From NCBI GenBank assembly GCA_965203515.1, contig OZ241907.1, positions 672,001 to 736,000 of the forward strand: a stretch of DNA of 64,000 bases, given 5' to 3'. This stretch comes from Spirochaetia bacterium (lineage in GTDB: Bacteria; Spirochaetota; Spirochaetia; SZUA-6; Bin103). The translations under genes were made by a program, and so were the position numbers. The notes beneath the pieces were generated by a model. It was given only the letters and a program-made list of their open reading frames with translations. It was not told the DNA's origin and made no database searches. This document shows positions 18,636 through 28,500 of this stretch, piece after piece (within the stretch, counting starts at the first letter, position 1; each line of letters begins with the position of its first letter).

Positions 18636-19756
18636 TGGCGGACGACCGAGCCGGGCCGGCGGAGTGGACGATCGCCGGGCTGCAGGTGCACGCGCCGGCC
18701 GGCGTGGTGCGGATCGCCGCCGGGGGGGCAGGCGAGGGGGTCGAGGGCGAGGCGCTGATCGCCCCGCACCGGCTGCCGCCGGCGGCGACCGTCGAGCGGA
18801 TGCGCGCGGCGTTGGTCGGGCGCCCGCTCGCCGACCGCGAGCGCATCGGGCGCGACCTGCGCGCCGCCGCGGCCGGGAGCGATCCGGCATGCCTCGCCGG
18901 CGCGGACGCCGCGCTCTGGGACCTCTGGTCGAAGGCGCTCGGGCTGCCCCTGTACCGGGCGATCGGCGGCTTCCGCACGCGGGTGCCGGTCTGTTTGGCC
19001 GGCCAGGCGGCCGCGGACGCCGGCGATGCGTCGGCCGCCGAGGCAGCGGCTGCTGAGGCATCGGCCGCTGAGCGCGACGGCTTCCGCGGCTACCGGGTGG
19101 CGGGCGCGGCGACCGCGATCGGCGTCAAGGCGCCGGCCGGGGTGCGGAACCGCGTGCGGGAGGCGGTGCGAGCCGTGCGGGAAGCGGTGGCGCCGGATTA
19201 CCCGCTGCTCTATCGCGGCGCTCCTGCCGGCGGGCTGGAGGCGTTGGCGGTCGGCCGCGCGCTCGACGAGGCCGGCTACACGTGGTTCGAGGACCCGTTG
19301 CCGGGCGCCGACGCGGAGGCGTTGCGCCGGCTTGCCGCCGACCTCGATACGGCGGTGCTGGTGACCGTGAGCGGCCCCGACGCCGGCCGGCAGGCGGCCG
19401 GGCACCTGAGCCGTCAGTCGGCCGACCTGATCCGCGTCCGCGTGCCGGCGGCCGGCGGCATCACGGCAGCGTTGAAGATCGCCCGCGCGGCCGAGGCGTT
19501 CGGGGTCAATTGCGAGATCGACCCCGACGACGGCAACGGCGGCTTCGCCGCGGCGGGACTCATGGGCGCCCTGCGCAACGCCATGTTTCTGACGTGGGCG
19601 CCGGGCGAGCGCGGCGACCGGACGCGCGCCGCCGGCGGTCTGATCGGCGCGCCGCTGGTCGTGCGGGACGGCCACGTGACCCTGAGCGCCGAACCCGGCC
19701 TGGGCCTTCGTCTCGACCGGGACCGGATCGACGCCGGCACCGAACGCCTGCTCTGA
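18635..19756 (+). CDS. Degenerate enolase-superfamily protein
   Basis: TGATG-coupled to the previous gene; 'DAALWDLWSKALGLPLY', 'WFEDP', 'GGIT' and 'PGLG'; catalytic Lys and Asp positions altered. Confidence 0.75.
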   Translation: MADDRAGPAEWTIAGLQVHAPAGVVRIAAGGAGEGVEGEALIAPHRLPPAATVERMRAALVGRPLADRERIGRDLRAAAAGSDPACLAGADAALWDLWSKALGLPLYRAIGGFRTRVPVCLAGQAAADAGDASAAEAAAAEASAAERDGFRGYRVAGAATAIGVKAPAGVRNRVREAVRAVREAVAPDYPLLYRGAPAGGLEALAVGRALDEAGYTWFEDPLPGADAEALRRLAADLDTAVLVTVSGPDAGRQAAGHLSRQSADLIRVRVPAAGGITAALKIARAAEAFGVNCEIDPDDGNGGFAAAGLMGALRNAMFLTWAPGERGDRTRAAGGLIGAPLVVRDGHVTLSAEPGLGLRLDRDRIDAGTERLL

Positions 19757-19759
19757 TGG
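19740..19759 (+). repeat. Left copy of 20-bp direct repeat bounding the defence island
   Basis: CCGAACGCCTGCTCTGATGG matches 32427-32446 at 19/20; contains the enolase TGA and the island ATG. Confidence 0.8.
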
Positions 19760-22700
19760 TGGATAGGGTCACCGTCATACCCTGCGGGCCGGCCGTCAAC
19801 GAGAGCGAACGCAGGGCCATCGAACGGCTCAAGGCCGGCCTCATAGGTCACGGGGGCGATGACGTCTGGGTGCTCCTGACGAACCTTACGCTGTCCACGA
19901 CCCATCGGCTCCAATCTGACGAAATCGACATCGTGGCGATCGGCCCGCCGGGCGTCCGCGTGATCGAAGTCAAGCACTGGTCGGCGGCGTGGGTGCGGAA
20001 GAACGGCGACCGCGTCGCTCAGGAAGCCGACCGCGTGACGGCCAAGGCGAAGAAGGTCGGCACCATGCTGCGCGCGAAGATGGAACATCTTCCGCACGTG
20101 GCCGGCGTGTTTCTCGTCACCGAAGACGCGACCAAAGTCCAGCGGCTGCCCGAAGTCGTTAGGGGTGTTCGCTTTCATACGTTCAAGACGTGGCGGGGTG
20201 CGGTCGGCGCCGATGCCTCGGTGCTGACCGCGCAGCAGATCGGGGCGGCGTCCCGCATGCTGGAGCCGAGGAGCGCGGTTTCCCTGGACGGTGAGTTGCG
20301 GCGGCTGGGCGGTTACGCGCGCCTGGAGCTGCAGACCGACCCGACAGAACGATTCCATCGAATCTATCGGGGCATCCACGCTACCCGGCAGGAGCGCGTG
20401 CTGTTGCATCTCTACGACTTGTCGGACTTGTCGGCGGGCGACGTGTCGAACGCGGAACAGCGGGCGCGGCGCGGATTCGCCGCGATCAACCGACTACAAC
20501 AGTACGACTGGGCGCCGCGCATCGTCGACTCGTTCCAGGATGCGCCGGGTTATCCGGAGGAGATGAAGTTCTTTACGGTGGCCGATCCGGCAGCCCCGTC
20601 GATCGTGGACCGGGCCGAGGACGATTCGTGGAGCCTCGAAGCCCGATTCAGCTTTGCCCGCGACGCCGTTCGTGCGGTGCGCGAGCTGCACGCGGCGACC
20701 GCGGACGACGAACCGATGTTACATCGCAACCTGACGCCCCGAACGGTACTGGTGCGGCACGATAATTCCCCGATTCTGACCGGCTTCGAATACGCGCGGA
20801 TTCCGACGGAAGTGACCGTGGCATCAGCCGGTTCGAACGCGGAGTGGGACGAATCGGTGGCGCCGGAGGTCCGCTCCCAAGGCCGCGGCGCCGCGGACCG
20901 TCGATCGGACGTTTACTCGCTGTGCGCTTCCCTGCGGGCGCTGTTCGCCGGAGGCGACGACAGCCACGCAGTCATCCGAATCCTGGACGGCGGCACCGCG
21001 CAGGAGCCGCCCGCACGAGCCGAGCTGCCGAACCTGGACCGGGCGCTGTCGGCACTGCTGGGCGAGTCGGTTCCGCCGCCACCGCCGCCGCCCGCGCGGT
21101 TCTGGACCGAGGATCAGGTCGTCCGGTTCGCCGGAAGCGACTATCGCATCGTCGCCCGTCTCGGTTCAGGCGGCGTTGGGACCACCTTCAAGGTGGTGGA
21201 GATCGACCGCGACACGAAGGAGGACCTGGGCACCTACGTGGCCAAGGTGGTCCATGACCAGGCAACGGGCGAACGGGTGCTGCGCGCCCACCGACTGGTC
21301 CGGTCGCATCTGCATCGCTCGTCGTGGCTGTCGATGATCTACCAAGTCGATTCGCAGTGGCGAGATAATGGCTTCGCGGCGCTGCTGACCTGGATCGAAG
21401 GCGATTCGCTTGCCGGGTTCGCCGGACTGCTCAGCGAGCTTGCCGAGGATTCGCAGGAAGCGTCCGACGAGGCGTTGGCGCTGCGCTGGTTGCGGGCGGC
21501 GTGCGCGGCGCTCGGCGAGTTGCACCGCAACGGCCTGGTGCATGGCGACATCAGCCCCCGCAACCTGATCCTGTCGGGCGCCGACGTGGTGCTGACCGAC
21601 TACGACTGCGTGACCAGGGTCGATCAGCCGCTGGCGACGCCGGGCACCGTTCCGTACTGCTCGTCTTCCTGTCAGGAGGGTCTGCCGGCTGCGCCGTCCG
21701 ACGACCTCTACGCGCTGGCGGCGAGCATCTTCTTCGTCCTGTTCGCCAAGGAACCGTTCCAATACCAGGGCGTGCGCGCCAAGGAACGCGGGCTGAACTG
21801 GGAAGGTATACCGCGTGAGCAGTACCCGGTGCTGGCTGAATTCCTGGACCGGGCGACGGCGACCGACCGCAGCCGGCGCTATGCCACCGCCACAGAAGCG
21901 CTCAGCGCCTTGGACTCCGCGCACGGCGAAGGCCGGTCGGTGTCACGGGAGCAGGACGGCACGCAGGAGACCGAAGGATCGGAACCGCTGGAACGGCATG
22001 AGAACGAAGTCGAGTGGCTGAAGTCGTTGCTGCAATCCTACCCCGGTTCACGGTGGGGCAATCGCGAGACGCGCGGGCTGGATACCGACTTCGCCGCCCG
22101 CACCTACGTCGATACGGAACTGGAGCGGACGCTGTACGACGACCTTCGAAAACGGCGCGTCAGCCTGGTAGTCCTGTGCGGAAATGCCGGCGACGGCAAG
22201 ACCGCCATCCTCCAACGGCTCGCCCAACGTCTGGGGCTCGGCGACCACCGCTCCGCCGCCCGCATCGTGAACGGTCAGACCGATGACGGCTTGACCGTGC
22301 GCATGAATCTGGACGGTTCGGCGGCGTGGGAAGGCCGCTCGGCGCATCAACTGCTGGAAGATATACTCGAACCGTTTCAGCACGGTCGCCCGGGCGAGGA
22401 CCGAGCTCATCTGCTGGCGATCAACGACGGCCGGCTGTTGGAGTGGATCGACGATGCGGAACGCGGTCATGATGGGCGGACGCCGTTGACGCAGGCGCTC
22501 GCCGACTTTCTCGAAGATCAAGGGAAGCCGGATTCTCACGTGCGGTTCGTCAACCTGAACCAACGTTCGCTCGTCGGCGGCATAGCGGCGGACGGAACGA
22601 GCATCGACACCCGCTTTCTCAATGACTTGGTGGACGGCCTCTACGGCGGTGAACGAGCGGCGGCCACCTGGGCGCCGTGTCGGACCTGTTCGGCTCAGGA

Positions 22701-23793
22701 CCGTTGCGCGGTCTTTCGCGCGGCACGCAGCTTTGGCCCCGGCGGTCTTGCCGACGACGACGTACGTACCCGTGCTCGGCAGCGGTTGTTCGAGGCGCTG
22801 CAGGCCGTTCATCTGCGCGGCGAAACGCACGTCACCGTACGCGAGCTGCGCGCCGCACTGGTCTACATCCTGTTCGGCCTGCAGTACTGCAACGACTACC
22901 ACGCTGCGGAGCAGGACGAGGCGTTGCCGTACTGGGACCGTGCCTTCGACGCCGGGTCGCGTGGCCGTCAGGGCGACGTGCTGCGTGAATTGATCCGCTT
23001 CGATCCCGCCCTCGATGCGCATCCGCACATCGACCGCGTGCTGCTGCACCCGCCGGAGGACGCCGGAGACAGCGTCGCGCCAAGACGCTCGGATGCCTCC
23101 GCCCAAGAGGAACGCCACGCGCAACTGGCTTCGGAGCGGCGCCGCGCGTACTTCGAGTGGACCTCCGCAGAGATCGCGCAGGTGGCCGGAGACCCCGAAT
23201 CGTTGGGGCTGGCTCAGGGGCGACACCTGCGTGAGTTCCGGGCCGTGGCCATCGCCGACGACGTTGCGCGCGGCAAGCTGGCCCGGCGATTGTGCGGCGG
23301 CATTTCGCGGCTCGGAGCTCTGCCGCCGCAAGCGCTGGACGCGCGCGATGCCGTGCCGCTGCTGATCACGCCGCGAACTCCCATAGATACCGCGTTCTGG
23401 GTGGAAAAGTCGCCCGCTGCTTTCCGATTGCAGCCCGAAGTCCCGGCCTCCCGCGACCTGGATCTCCTGCACCGTCAGGCAGTTCTGATCTATCGCTATC
23501 GTGACGGGCGCGAGGAGCGTCTGCGCCTCGGCTACGATCTGTTCTCCCTGCTGCTGGAGATGGAGGAAGGCTATCAGTTGGGGGACATAGCCACCGACGA
23601 CACCTTCGCTCAGCTTGCCATCTTCGTGCAGCGCCTGGTGCGCGAAGACGAACGCCGCATGATGTCGTGGAACCCGATGAGCGAGAATACGATCTATGAG
23701 CTTTCCGCCGACCTCGATGATGACGCTGCCGTCGGTCCGCGGCAGCGTCTGGCGATTACGCCGCTCGAATTGAGATCGTCCGATGCCGAATAG
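19756..23793 (+). CDS. NERD nuclease + pseudokinase + Ser/Thr kinase + P-loop ATPase (Mad6/DndF-like)
   Basis: NERD 'EIDIVAIGPPGVRVIEVKHW'; kinase 1 'LHRNLTP...TGF'; kinase 2 'LGSGGVG...VAK...HGDISPRN...TDY'; P-loop 'LCGNAGDGKT'; 'AINDGRL'; Cys cluster 'CRTCSAQDRC'. Confidence 0.8.
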   Translation: MVDRVTVIPCGPAVNESERRAIERLKAGLIGHGGDDVWVLLTNLTLSTTHRLQSDEIDIVAIGPPGVRVIEVKHWSAAWVRKNGDRVAQEADRVTAKAKKVGTMLRAKMEHLPHVAGVFLVTEDATKVQRLPEVVRGVRFHTFKTWRGAVGADASVLTAQQIGAASRMLEPRSAVSLDGELRRLGGYARLELQTDPTERFHRIYRGIHATRQERVLLHLYDLSDLSAGDVSNAEQRARRGFAAINRLQQYDWAPRIVDSFQDAPGYPEEMKFFTVADPAAPSIVDRAEDDSWSLEARFSFARDAVRAVRELHAATADDEPMLHRNLTPRTVLVRHDNSPILTGFEYARIPTEVTVASAGSNAEWDESVAPEVRSQGRGAADRRSDVYSLCASLRALFAGGDDSHAVIRILDGGTAQEPPARAELPNLDRALSALLGESVPPPPPPPARFWTEDQVVRFAGSDYRIVARLGSGGVGTTFKVVEIDRDTKEDLGTYVAKVVHDQATGERVLRAHRLVRSHLHRSSWLSMIYQVDSQWRDNGFAALLTWIEGDSLAGFAGLLSELAEDSQEASDEALALRWLRAACAALGELHRNGLVHGDISPRNLILSGADVVLTDYDCVTRVDQPLATPGTVPYCSSSCQEGLPAAPSDDLYALAASIFFVLFAKEPFQYQGVRAKERGLNWEGIPREQYPVLAEFLDRATATDRSRRYATATEALSALDSAHGEGRSVSREQDGTQETEGSEPLERHENEVEWLKSLLQSYPGSRWGNRETRGLDTDFAARTYVDTELERTLYDDLRKRRVSLVVLCGNAGDGKTAILQRLAQRLGLGDHRSAARIVNGQTDDGLTVRMNLDGSAAWEGRSAHQLLEDILEPFQHGRPGEDRAHLLAINDGRLLEWIDDAERGHDGRTPLTQALADFLEDQGKPDSHVRFVNLNQRSLVGGIAADGTSIDTRFLNDLVDGLYGGERAAATWAPCRTCSAQDRCAVFRAARSFGPGGLADDDVRTRARQRLFEALQAVHLRGETHVTVRELRAALVYILFGLQYCNDYHAAEQDEALPYWDRAFDAGSRGRQGDVLRELIRFDPALDAHPHIDRVLLHPPEDAGDSVAPRRSDASAQEERHAQLASERRRAYFEWTSAEIAQVAGDPESLGLAQGRHLREFRAVAIADDVARGKLARRLCGGISRLGALPPQALDARDAVPLLITPRTPIDTAFWVEKSPAAFRLQPEVPASRDLDLLHRQAVLIYRYRDGREERLRLGYDLFSLLLEMEEGYQLGDIATDDTFAQLAIFVQRLVREDERRMMSWNPMSENTIYELSADLDDDAAVGPRQRLAITPLELRSSDAE

Positions 23794-25585
23794 CGCCCGC
23801 GACATCTTCCGCAAAGCACTACCGGCGAACATGGCCGACGAAATCTGGTCGGCACGATACGACAAGGTGCTGCCGATTTCCTCCAATGCCTTCGATCTGT
23901 CCGCAGTGTTGCCGGCGGTGCTCTACATGTTCCGCTTCGGACAGCGGCGGGGCAGAGGGAAATTCCTTGACACGTTCGTTCCGGAAGACGGCACACGGCC
24001 CGAACGGCGAAGGAAGGCCACCGTCGACCGGGTCGCCACATCGCTGGCTTCGACGACGGACCTGCACGGGTTCGACGGCGCGGCGGAACGGGCGGTACTT
24101 GGCGACCTGCTGCTCTGCTTCGCTCTGGAAAACGTCAAGCGGGATCTCGGCAGGGACAAGCAGATTCAGCGCGTCGCGCCGGCCCACTACTTGGCGAGTT
24201 GGATCGATCTGCCGGAAAGTGTGACCGCCCTCCGCTATGTGCCGGAGATGATCGTGGCGATGCTGGCCGATCAGAAGGGCGGGCACGTAGAGCCGAGTGC
24301 CGAAGGGAATCAGACGTGGTTTGCCGTCGCGCGCGGCTTCGAGCACAACGTCCTGCTGCGCGCCTTCAGTCCGGGCATCGGCCACCGCGGCGGGTCCCTT
24401 ACTGACCGCGCTTCGGACCGCTTCGACGAAACCGACGAGTCGGTCGGTCTGGATCAGCTCCTGATGATTCGACTTGCGCAGCGGTTGGGTGAGGCCCCGG
24501 ACCGGCCGCGCGGCAGCGAAACGGCGAAGATCTCCAATCAGCGGCCGATTGCGGAGCATGCAGCGGAATATTTCTCCGAAGACATCCGCCGATTCGTCCG
24601 CGCGTACGCAACCGAGGCCCCGCGCCATGCCTTCATCGACATGCTGGAGGCATGCATCTCGATCGGCATGACGGCGATCCTCACCAGCGTAGTCGAGATG
24701 CTGTTCGCCTGGTCCGACAACGGCGCCGTTCCATCTCGGCGCGACCAGCAGCCGGCGAGCATCTTCGTAGACTGTTCCAACGGCGTCGACACGCGGCTGC
24801 GAGGGCTGGCCGAACGATCGATGGACGACCTGATGCGCCGCGTGGAGCGCGTCCCGGTCGTCCTGACCACGTTGCGGCTGCTCGACTACGTGGCCAGGTC
24901 CAACAAACGGGTAGCTACGCGGGACATCTCGACGCGGCCGTACGCTACCGAGTGGCTCAAATTGCTCGGAGACCTGTTGCATGGACGCCACGACGAAGCT
25001 CCGTTCATCCATCGACAGATGGACGATCATAGCGAGACACTTGCCGAGCAGTTGGAGGCCGATTACCCGGCCGCGGCTGAGGTGCTGCGTGACGAAGAGA
25101 GTGAGCCCAACCCGATCCGTCGCCTCGCCGCTGCCGTGACGCCACTCATGGGACTACGCGGCAATCTGATCGGGATGGTGGACTCGACGCTGCAAGTCGG
25201 GCGGCCGAACGCCCTGGCGCTCAAGCGCGTCACCACCCGCGGCGCAAGTACCGCCGGCTCCGGCCGGCGCCGGCGCGACGTCCGCGCGCTGGTCATGGGC
25301 GACTCGGCGCTGGACTATCTGGTGCATCTGCACCTGCTGCGCAGCGGCAACGCCGGACTGGGACTGCGCGCCCTGTCGCTGATGAAATTTCTGCGCCGAA
25401 TTCGCGAGCGCTACGGATTTCACGTCGATACCGCTCCTTCCGGGACGGCCATCTCCAACGAGTTGCTGCAACAGAATCGCCGGTTCCTGGAACGACGGCT
25501 GCGCGATCTTGGACTCCTGGTAGGCGTGAACGACGCTGAAGCCATGAAACGGCTGCAGCCTCGCTTCGCGCCGAAGGAGATCTGA
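23783..25585 (+). CDS. DndG/Mad7-like protein
   Basis: Overlaps the upstream gene and sits between DndF-like and DndH-like genes; C-terminal 'RYGF...LERRLRDLGLLVGVNDA' resembles the winged-helix end of that family. Confidence 0.6.
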   Translation: MPNSARDIFRKALPANMADEIWSARYDKVLPISSNAFDLSAVLPAVLYMFRFGQRRGRGKFLDTFVPEDGTRPERRRKATVDRVATSLASTTDLHGFDGAAERAVLGDLLLCFALENVKRDLGRDKQIQRVAPAHYLASWIDLPESVTALRYVPEMIVAMLADQKGGHVEPSAEGNQTWFAVARGFEHNVLLRAFSPGIGHRGGSLTDRASDRFDETDESVGLDQLLMIRLAQRLGEAPDRPRGSETAKISNQRPIAEHAAEYFSEDIRRFVRAYATEAPRHAFIDMLEACISIGMTAILTSVVEMLFAWSDNGAVPSRRDQQPASIFVDCSNGVDTRLRGLAERSMDDLMRRVERVPVVLTTLRLLDYVARSNKRVATRDISTRPYATEWLKLLGDLLHGRHDEAPFIHRQMDDHSETLAEQLEADYPAAAEVLRDEESEPNPIRRLAAAVTPLMGLRGNLIGMVDSTLQVGRPNALALKRVTTRGASTAGSGRRRRDVRALVMGDSALDYLVHLHLLRSGNAGLGLRALSLMKFLRRIRERYGFHVDTAPSGTAISNELLQQNRRFLERRLRDLGLLVGVNDAEAMKRLQPRFAPKEI

Positions 25586-25586
25586 C

Positions 25587-28500
25587 GTGGCAGGAACCAC
25601 CCTGCATGGCCCGCTTCTGGCACAGGCGTTGGCCCGTGCGCTTGGCGAGCCGCAACCGGGCGCCATCGCCTACGTCCGCTGCCTGACCCCGGACGTAGTC
25701 GAGCGGCTCGCCGCGGACGCCGGCTTCGAGCCCGAAGGGTGGGTGGTGTGGCGGGTCACCGATCGCGAGGAGGACGGCTTGCGCACGCTCACTGCCGACC
25801 GGGCGGTCGAGCTGCGCGAAGGCAAGGGCGACGCCATGGTGCTGCTGGTCGATACCGGTCGCGCCGGCGCCGGTATGGACGGCATCTACAGCGCCGGGCG
25901 GGAGGTCGACGAGGCCGGTCTGTTTCGGGCGGCGTGGAGCCTTGCGGCCGCGGCGATCACCAAGCGCAAGTCGGCGGCGGCGCGCCGCTACGCGGAGGAC
26001 GCGCTCAGGGCGGCGAGACGTGGCGCGGGTGGCCGAGATGCCGTTTCGCCCTGGACGGCGTTCGATTACCTGTGTCGCGTCGCCGTCGGCGAACAGCCGC
26101 CGGGCGCATATCTGAACCTGATCGGTCTCTGGCCGATTCGCGGCGGCGTCGAGGGATTCGACCATAAGGCGGCACTGAACGACTCCCGGCGGTTCGTGGA
26201 CCGACTGTTGGCAGCCGCCAGCCTCGCGCCCGCCGCCCGGATCGAGTCGTTGCGGCTGGATGAGGAGTCACGGCAGCGTCACGCGCAACTCGCGCGCTTT
26301 CTGCATGCCGCGGACGCCAAGCAGCACCTGCACGATGCCCTGAACGAGCTGGCAGCGCAGGAGGAACTGTGGGTCGGCTCACTGCGCAGGGAAGTGTCGC
26401 CGTCCATCAAGGCGATCGAACTGACGCCGTGGCGCAACCGTAGCGGCAAGGTCCACCGCTGGTCGGGATTGACGGAAGATGACGATGCGGAAGGTCCACC
26501 GGTGCTGATCCTGGGCACGGACCAAGACCGGCAGGGCGCCACCCTCGAAGTCCGCTGGAAGGCCGATCCCGGCGACCTCGAACGGAGCGCGGTCGACTAT
26601 CGGGTGGTGATCCGGACCAGCCTGGACGAGGAACTTGCCGTTCAGGACGTTCCGCACTCCGCCAGACCGGGCGGCGAAAAATGTCGGTTCAGCCCTGACG
26701 ACTTTGCATCCCTGCCCGACGACGCGGTGCAGCCGGCCAAGGTGGTCGTGGAGGTGATCGGCGATCAACCGGGGCGGATCGAACCGCAGGAGAGCGAGGA
26801 TTTCGTCATCCGCTTCGATGAGTCGCCCGTGCCAGAGCCTAGCGTCGGCAAAGTGGAGCGGACGTTCAGCGAGGGGCTGGCCAGCCTGCGGAGTCGCGAC
26901 GCCGTGGCCGAGATCGCAACGAGTCCGTCGTTGGCGGCCGGTAGCGGTTCCGTGGGTTACGTCACGCTACGCACGCCGGTCGAGCAGGGGCGGCGCCGGA
27001 GCTTTCGGGTGCTTCGCCCGTCCTTGATCGCCGAGGTTGAAGAAGACTGGGCGACCCATGATGGCCGGATCGGGCGCTGGGAGCTCAAGGTGCGGAGCTC
27101 GGGGGAGCGCGCCGGCCGCGCCCGGTTCAGGCCGCTGGCCGGCGCCGGGCCGGCATGGGAACGGGCCGGCGCCGCCAGCCGCAAAATCGCCGAACGGTTC
27201 GCCAAGACTCATGGCGGGGTCGCACAGGCATACGACGAGCGCTGCAAGCCGTTCGATCTCATCAGAGAGTACCTGCGCGCGTGGTTGGCGCTGTTGGAAG
27301 GCGGCGATCCGACACACGCCTTCGCCCATACCGTCGAGGTTCAGTCGCTTTCCGGACGCCCGATCGGCCTGATCGTGATGCCGGCCCATCCACTGCGGGT
27401 GGCGTGGCACGCGGCTTACGACAATCTCGTGCTGCACGCCACGTTCGAGCAGGGCGCGTCGGCCAGCGACATCCGGAGGGAACTGAAGGGGCTCGACGGC
27501 GCCATGTTCCCGGCGTTCCTGCCCAATCCGCACGGCGGCGCGTTCGTGTTCGCCGACACGCTGGGCTTTCATGCGGTCGGCATGGTGCCGGATCGCGACC
27601 CTGAGCCGAAAGCCGCCGTGGCGGTGCTGGCGCGTGCCTTCGGAGACAACACCGCGGCCGACGCCGCGTCCACGGTGGGCGGGCAGAGCGCCGCGGTGTT
27701 GGGAAGCGAAATCGTCAAGTACCTGTCGTGCCACGACACGGCGCGATTGCTGCGCGTGCACGCCCTGCGTGCCGGCGACGGCATGACGGTGGCGCGGGCG
27801 CTTGGCGAGGTCCATCACTACTACGCCCCCGCGGACGACGATGCGGAGGAGGCGGATACGCCGCTGGCTGCGCCGGTGTTCTCGCTGGAGCTGTATCCGT
27901 CAACGGATCAGCGCGGCGTCACCGGGCGCTTCATCGCCGACGCGCGCGAGAAGCGGCGCAGCGGCGCCGGGGCGCTGGCCGAGAGAGACCGTTGGATGCT
28001 GGAATCGCTGAGTCTTCCCGGCGGCGTCAATCTGCCCCGGCTGCGCTGGGCGCGCAAGGATCAGCAGGAGCCCAAGACGGCAGCGCACGTGGCGATCGCG
28101 TTCGATACCTTCGAGTCCCGGGTGATCGCCGGCCACTCGCCCGCGGCTCCTGCGTCCCGTGCCTGGCACGCGTTCGGGTTGTTGTCGTTCTACGAACGCC
28201 GGTACACGAGCGCGCCGGGACCCCAATGGACCAGCAGCGCCGTGCCCGCGAGCAAGGGCGAAAAGCATCCGTCCGGCAGGAGTCACACCGACACCCTCAC
28301 TCGGCTGCAGGAGGCGCTGCATCGGACGGTCGCTCACCATCTGGGCGCGGCGTCGGGTGTGCCCGTGTTACGAACGGAGATATCCGACGACAAGACGGAC
28401 AGCCTCCAAGCGTTGCACCGATTGTGCGACTGGGTGGTGACGCTGGACCGGAACGCGGGCATCGAGTACTTCGATTCGCCGCGCGACCATCAGGATATCT

